Shown here piece after piece: positions 59,716 through 64,000 of a stretch of 64,000 bases of DNA. Source of the DNA: the human T2T-CHM13v2.0 reference genome, Homo sapiens. The notes below the pieces were generated by a model that was not told where the DNA came from, did not search any database, and worked only from the letters and a program-made list of their open reading frames with translations. The stretch is taken from the NCBI RefSeq assembly GCF_009914755.1, contig NC_060929.1, one strand, 5' to 3'. Each line of letters opens with the position of its first letter. Position 1 is the first letter of the stretch. The translations under genes were made by a program, and so were the position numbers.

Positions 59716-61362
59716 CAACTTTTTTAGTAGTGATCACATTTAAGAGAGAAGGATAAAGAGAAGGCACAACCCACTAACAACTAACGCTAATACAAAGGAG
59801 ACTGGAAGTACGATAAAAATAAATAGATAAATAAATAAGGCAAAGTGAGGAAAACATGCAGTTAAGAATTAATATCTTGCCCATCCCCAGGGTGAAAGCT
59901 CTAGAAAGGCCTCCAGGAGGAGGCAGCATTCCCTGAACAGTTCCTTAACCAGTAGAGAGAACAGCCAGGCGGAAGACGGGGAGGAAGGTATTTCAGGAAA
60001 AGCCACCGCAAGCATACCATACAGGAGTGAAGAGAAGGGTGATTCATGCATTCTTTTTCAATCTTTGTTGTTGCTGTTTTCAGCAGGGAATCACTTCCCC
60101 AAACAAAACCTCTCATGGAATCCCATTATAAATGAGAGATACAGTGGAGCTGCAAGAGATAAGGGGCTGGAGGTGGTAGTGGAAAGGGAGAGGAAGAAGA
60201 GAGAGGGCCAGCAGGGTCAGGCTGGAGGTGGGAGACCTGCAGGAGCAGAGTTTTCTTCTCTTCCTCAGGAGCCATTCTCTGTCACTGAAGGGGAGAATTC
60301 TCCAGCATTGTGACCCTGTGTATTTAAAAGTCCACAAGAAAATAACGGACCTGCTGGCCTCCCCTGCATCCTGTTCACGCAGTCCTTAGAATTGGCCCAG
60401 CTTTTCTTCCTTTCATTGAACCAGGGGTGGCTGAGATGAGACCAGTGAGCTGGCTCTTGTACTGAATAGTGTTTCCACTCCCTCCATTAATTGCGGGGGG
60501 ACCTTCATTCATTCCCTCTGTTATCTTTTGTCAAGCATCTCCAAGGTATCTGACACAGACCTGTGTGCCTGCTGCTGCTGACAAATGCTTCTGCATTACA
60601 GGACCAGATGTGGTTTACTGTGAGCTGCAAATGAACTGTTGACACCTGCTTCTCACAATGTGGGGTGGGCTAGGCATCACACATGCCTTAGAAATGCTTG
60701 CTGTCTCTAGAATTCCTGTTGGAGGAGCCAGACTTCAGATCCCTATCCAGGTCTCTGGGCTGTATCCACTGATCTTAACCAGGTTTCTTCACAGAACCCT
60801 GAAGAAATTTACAGGGCCAGAAATAAATATTTGCACATTTTAAACTGCTGTGCAGTTTTGAGGGGTTCAAGAAACCCCTATGGTTTATCTCAGAAATTAA
60901 AAAGTACTCCTTCATTCAACAAACATTTATGAAGCAGCTACTGTGTTAGCTATTGTGCAGTGTGCAGGGTTCCTGCCAATAGAGCTCAGATTAGATGAGT
61001 GGAGATGGATAAGGGAATGGTGAGTTTGCTGTGATAAAACATGCAAGTACAGTGGGACCAGAAGGCTCAGTCCATTCTGCCTTGGGTCACTGCAGGAGTA
61101 TTTGCAGAGAACAACACACATCAGAAGCGTGTAAGATGACTAGGGTTCCACAAAGTGGTGAAGTGTCCTAGGTAGTACATGTGCCAATGCAGAGGTGAGC
61201 TTTAGTTATGCTACCTAGTCCAATCCAGCTACCTGAATTTGTCCAGAATTACTCTCAAAGCACTTTCCCATCTGTCACCTCATTTACTCCCCACTCTACA
61301 GGCAGCTGGGGCAGGAGCATGCAATTATTCCCATTTTACAAATGGGAAAACTGAGGTACAGT

Positions 61363-61475
61363 TAGGGTCATCAACCACCCTGGTTTGCTCAGGATTGAGG
61401 GGGTTTCCAGGATGTGGAACTTTGGGTGCAAAAACCAAGACTGTCCCAGGAAAACTGGGACAGCTGGTTACCCTA
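61363..61475 (+). mobile_element. MER81 (hAT-Blackjack) MITE inside a MIR
   Basis: TAGGGT...ACCCTA termini, 113 bp, internal GGTTTGCTCAGGA / TCCCAGGAAAACTGGGAC repeats. Confidence 0.85.
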
Positions 61476-62574
61476 GCTGTAGTTACATGACATGTCACAT
61501 AATTTGATCAGAGATGAATGAGGTACTCAAATCACGCCTTCAGACTCTTTCCTCCACCCAGCATGGAGTGATTAAGTGAGCACTCTGTATATATCATTTG
61601 CTTTAAAAAAAATTAATTTGTGTCATTTGTACAGTCAGAAACCAAAGACAAAGCCTCTGTCTTCTGCTGACTCACTGCCTGACCAGCATTTCTTCTCATA
61701 AGATCGCAGAACTCTCTGTTCCTTGAGTATACTCAAGAGGGGAACACCATCTGGAATGGTCAGGTGTGAAGGGAAATTTGATCCTACCTGTATTCCTTAA
61801 GGAACCCGGGGATGTCTGCATTTTAATTGAGGCTCCTGATATAACCCCACTAACTATTTTCTTTTGCTTGGTCACTGGATAGCCTCTACCAGTTCACTCA
61901 TCACCCCAACCTCCTGAGTCAGCGGAGTCCTATGGGGTCTGAGTTGTCTGCCCAGTCAGTTTACCTTAAATGGTCCACACAGCCAGTGATGTCATAGACT
62001 GAACTAAAGACAGAGGACTTTGAGACCATTGTCCAAAGGAAGCCATTAAGGAGTGCATCTAGGACCCAGGCCCACCAGTACTAGTCCTGCCTAAATTCAG
62101 CCATGCTTTTCCTCGGCAGTGGCAGGGTAAATGAGCCTTGGTTCCTACGGAGGCTCTGGTCCCCACTCCCAGCAAAAGAACCCCGGCTTAGCCTTGGAAA
62201 AGAGGCAGAAAAAATCCACCCAGAGAAGGTTTCTCTGTCATCCCCTCGAAATGGTTTTTTATCCTCCACAGGCCTATGTGTGAGGGACTGTGGAATATTG
62301 CTTAGTTCAGGGAGAAGTGTAAAAAGAGAAAGGAGGAAAAGGTGAACTGGATCTTCTTCACAGAGGGAGAACTGTGCACCCCTGAACCCTCAAGCCCCAT
62401 GGAAGGAAGAGTTAGAAGGACCATGCTCACTTGTGCACTGACCCTTAATCCAGTGCAAGCAAATTCTCACCCTAAATAGCCCCCATAAATGTGTTTAAAC
62501 TTTACTCATCAATACCTGCTCTCCCCTCTTAAGGGTAGATGGAGAGTTCCTCGAAGGCCCTTCCCCTAGAATCC

Positions 62575-62916
62575 TAGTGGTTCCCAAACTGCAGATATCA
62601 TGTATCAGTAAAATTACAAAAAAATAAAATGGTAAAGTGTGGACACTTGACAATATTTTATATTGCCAGGAAAAGACAAAGGAAACAAAAAAAATTACCG
62701 TCTCTTATTAATACCATTTAATAACAGAAGGAATATGTTAACACTAAAAATTAATGAAGGAAACAATTACAAACAAAGGTCTGTCCTTTAAATGGAAAAG
62801 TTCCATGTCCTGAAAACTCACTACACAACGCTTATCTTTCCTTCTTTTCCCATTGATGAGTGAAAACTATCACAAACCAGTTCCAGCTCATTGGATGAGC
62901 CGTTTGGGAACCACTG
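62575..62916. mobile_element. hAT-Charlie-type non-autonomous DNA element
   Basis: Inverted termini AGTGGTTCCCAAAC / GTTTGGGAACCACT; family not assigned. Confidence 0.7.
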
Positions 62917-64000
62917 ATTTAATCCCAGCTTTTTATCTAGCTCGTGAATTTCCTCCATGTTATTCCTGACAAACAGTTGTCCCATGAACAACATCCCAAC
63001 AAATCATACTTTTCAAGTAGCAATTATCAGAGGGTGCTAATAATTCCAGGTTTGCCGTCATACTAAGCAGCAATCTGTGTCCCTGTGGCTTTGTCTCCCT
63101 GATCTAATTCTGCCCTCTGGCATCTCAGAGAATAACGCTAATTCCTCTTCCACTGACAACCAACCTCAAGTTTCCATGTGAGTCCTGCTTGCTTTGAAGT
63201 GGCCCACTATCTCCATGATCCCTGGATCCAGGGTTAAAATTTTCAACCTTGTCTCTTCCTCTCATATAAGCCGTTATATTTTTCAGTTAATTGATATACA
63301 TTTGCTTAGAACTGACTGTATCATTCACTCTGCTGAGTGTAGATGAGCTTCTGGTCTGAGGCCTCTCTCTGCTTAAAAACCTCCTGTATCTCCCTTGCCC
63401 ATGGGTAAAGTGTTGATGTTCTAGCATAGCACTCAAGGAAGTTCATGATTAGGACTCTGTCAGCTGTTCTAACCTCATCTCCCCGAAGGTCCCCTCATCA
63501 TGACTACACTCCTCGGGTGGGGACTTTGCCCTTTTCACAGAACACTCCCTAAAGGTTTTCTAACTTCCACCCACTGTCAGAATTCATCTCTCTCCTCTTT
63601 TGGTGCTTCCATAACCCTTTATTTTAAAATCTGATACAGTCTTTCATGAACTATTGAGAAATATTTCTGCCTCACATACTAGATTGCATGGTCCTTAAAG
63701 GAAGAGGTTTACAATTTGTTCAAGTTGTTATTCCTAGTAAGTACCTACAATGCTTAACACTTGATTGATCTTCATAAATGTTTGAAGTGTTGACCCAAAG
63801 ACACTAACTCTTTACTCTGAAGGCTTTATAATCAAGTTGAAGACTAAGACCAATACACATCAAATAGTAGTAGACAATGCAGTGAACTGCCTGCTAGATG
63901 CCAGGCAAGTTTAAAGGAAAGGTCAATGAGAAATAAAGTGCTCAAGGGCAGATTCAAGGAAAACATGGGGAGCATTGCAGAGCAACCAGGTCTTAAAAGA

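Overview
Primate, almost certainly human-type, genomic DNA from inside GRIA1 (AMPA receptor subunit GluA1), transcribed on the + strand. Only two coding exons are present: 41645-41843 (199 bp; M3 gate SYTANLAAF and start of S2) and 47379-47626 (248 bp; S2 ligand-binding lobe ending at the R/G-site codon, before the flip/flop exons, which are not in the window). The rest is intron dense in transposable elements: a full-length sense-oriented L1PA3-type element (442-6617), an old full-length sense L1MA (32560-39544) with a 7SL retrocopy inserted in its YY1 promoter motif, a solo LTR2-family (HERV-E) LTR, MaLR LTRs, Alus, L2/MIR and DNA-transposon relics. Nearly all ORFs in the track are L1 fragments or chance ORFs. 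I see no new protein-coding system. The most unusual items are small: a 25-nt orphan poly(A)-tailed insertion with a TSD, the 7SL-in-YY1 chimera, a MADE1 hairpin with mirrored mutations near exon 13, a direct-inverted-direct micro-rearrangement and a near-identical 158-bp tandem duplication. Repeat subfamily names and exon numbers come from remembered consensus sequences, not a database search.
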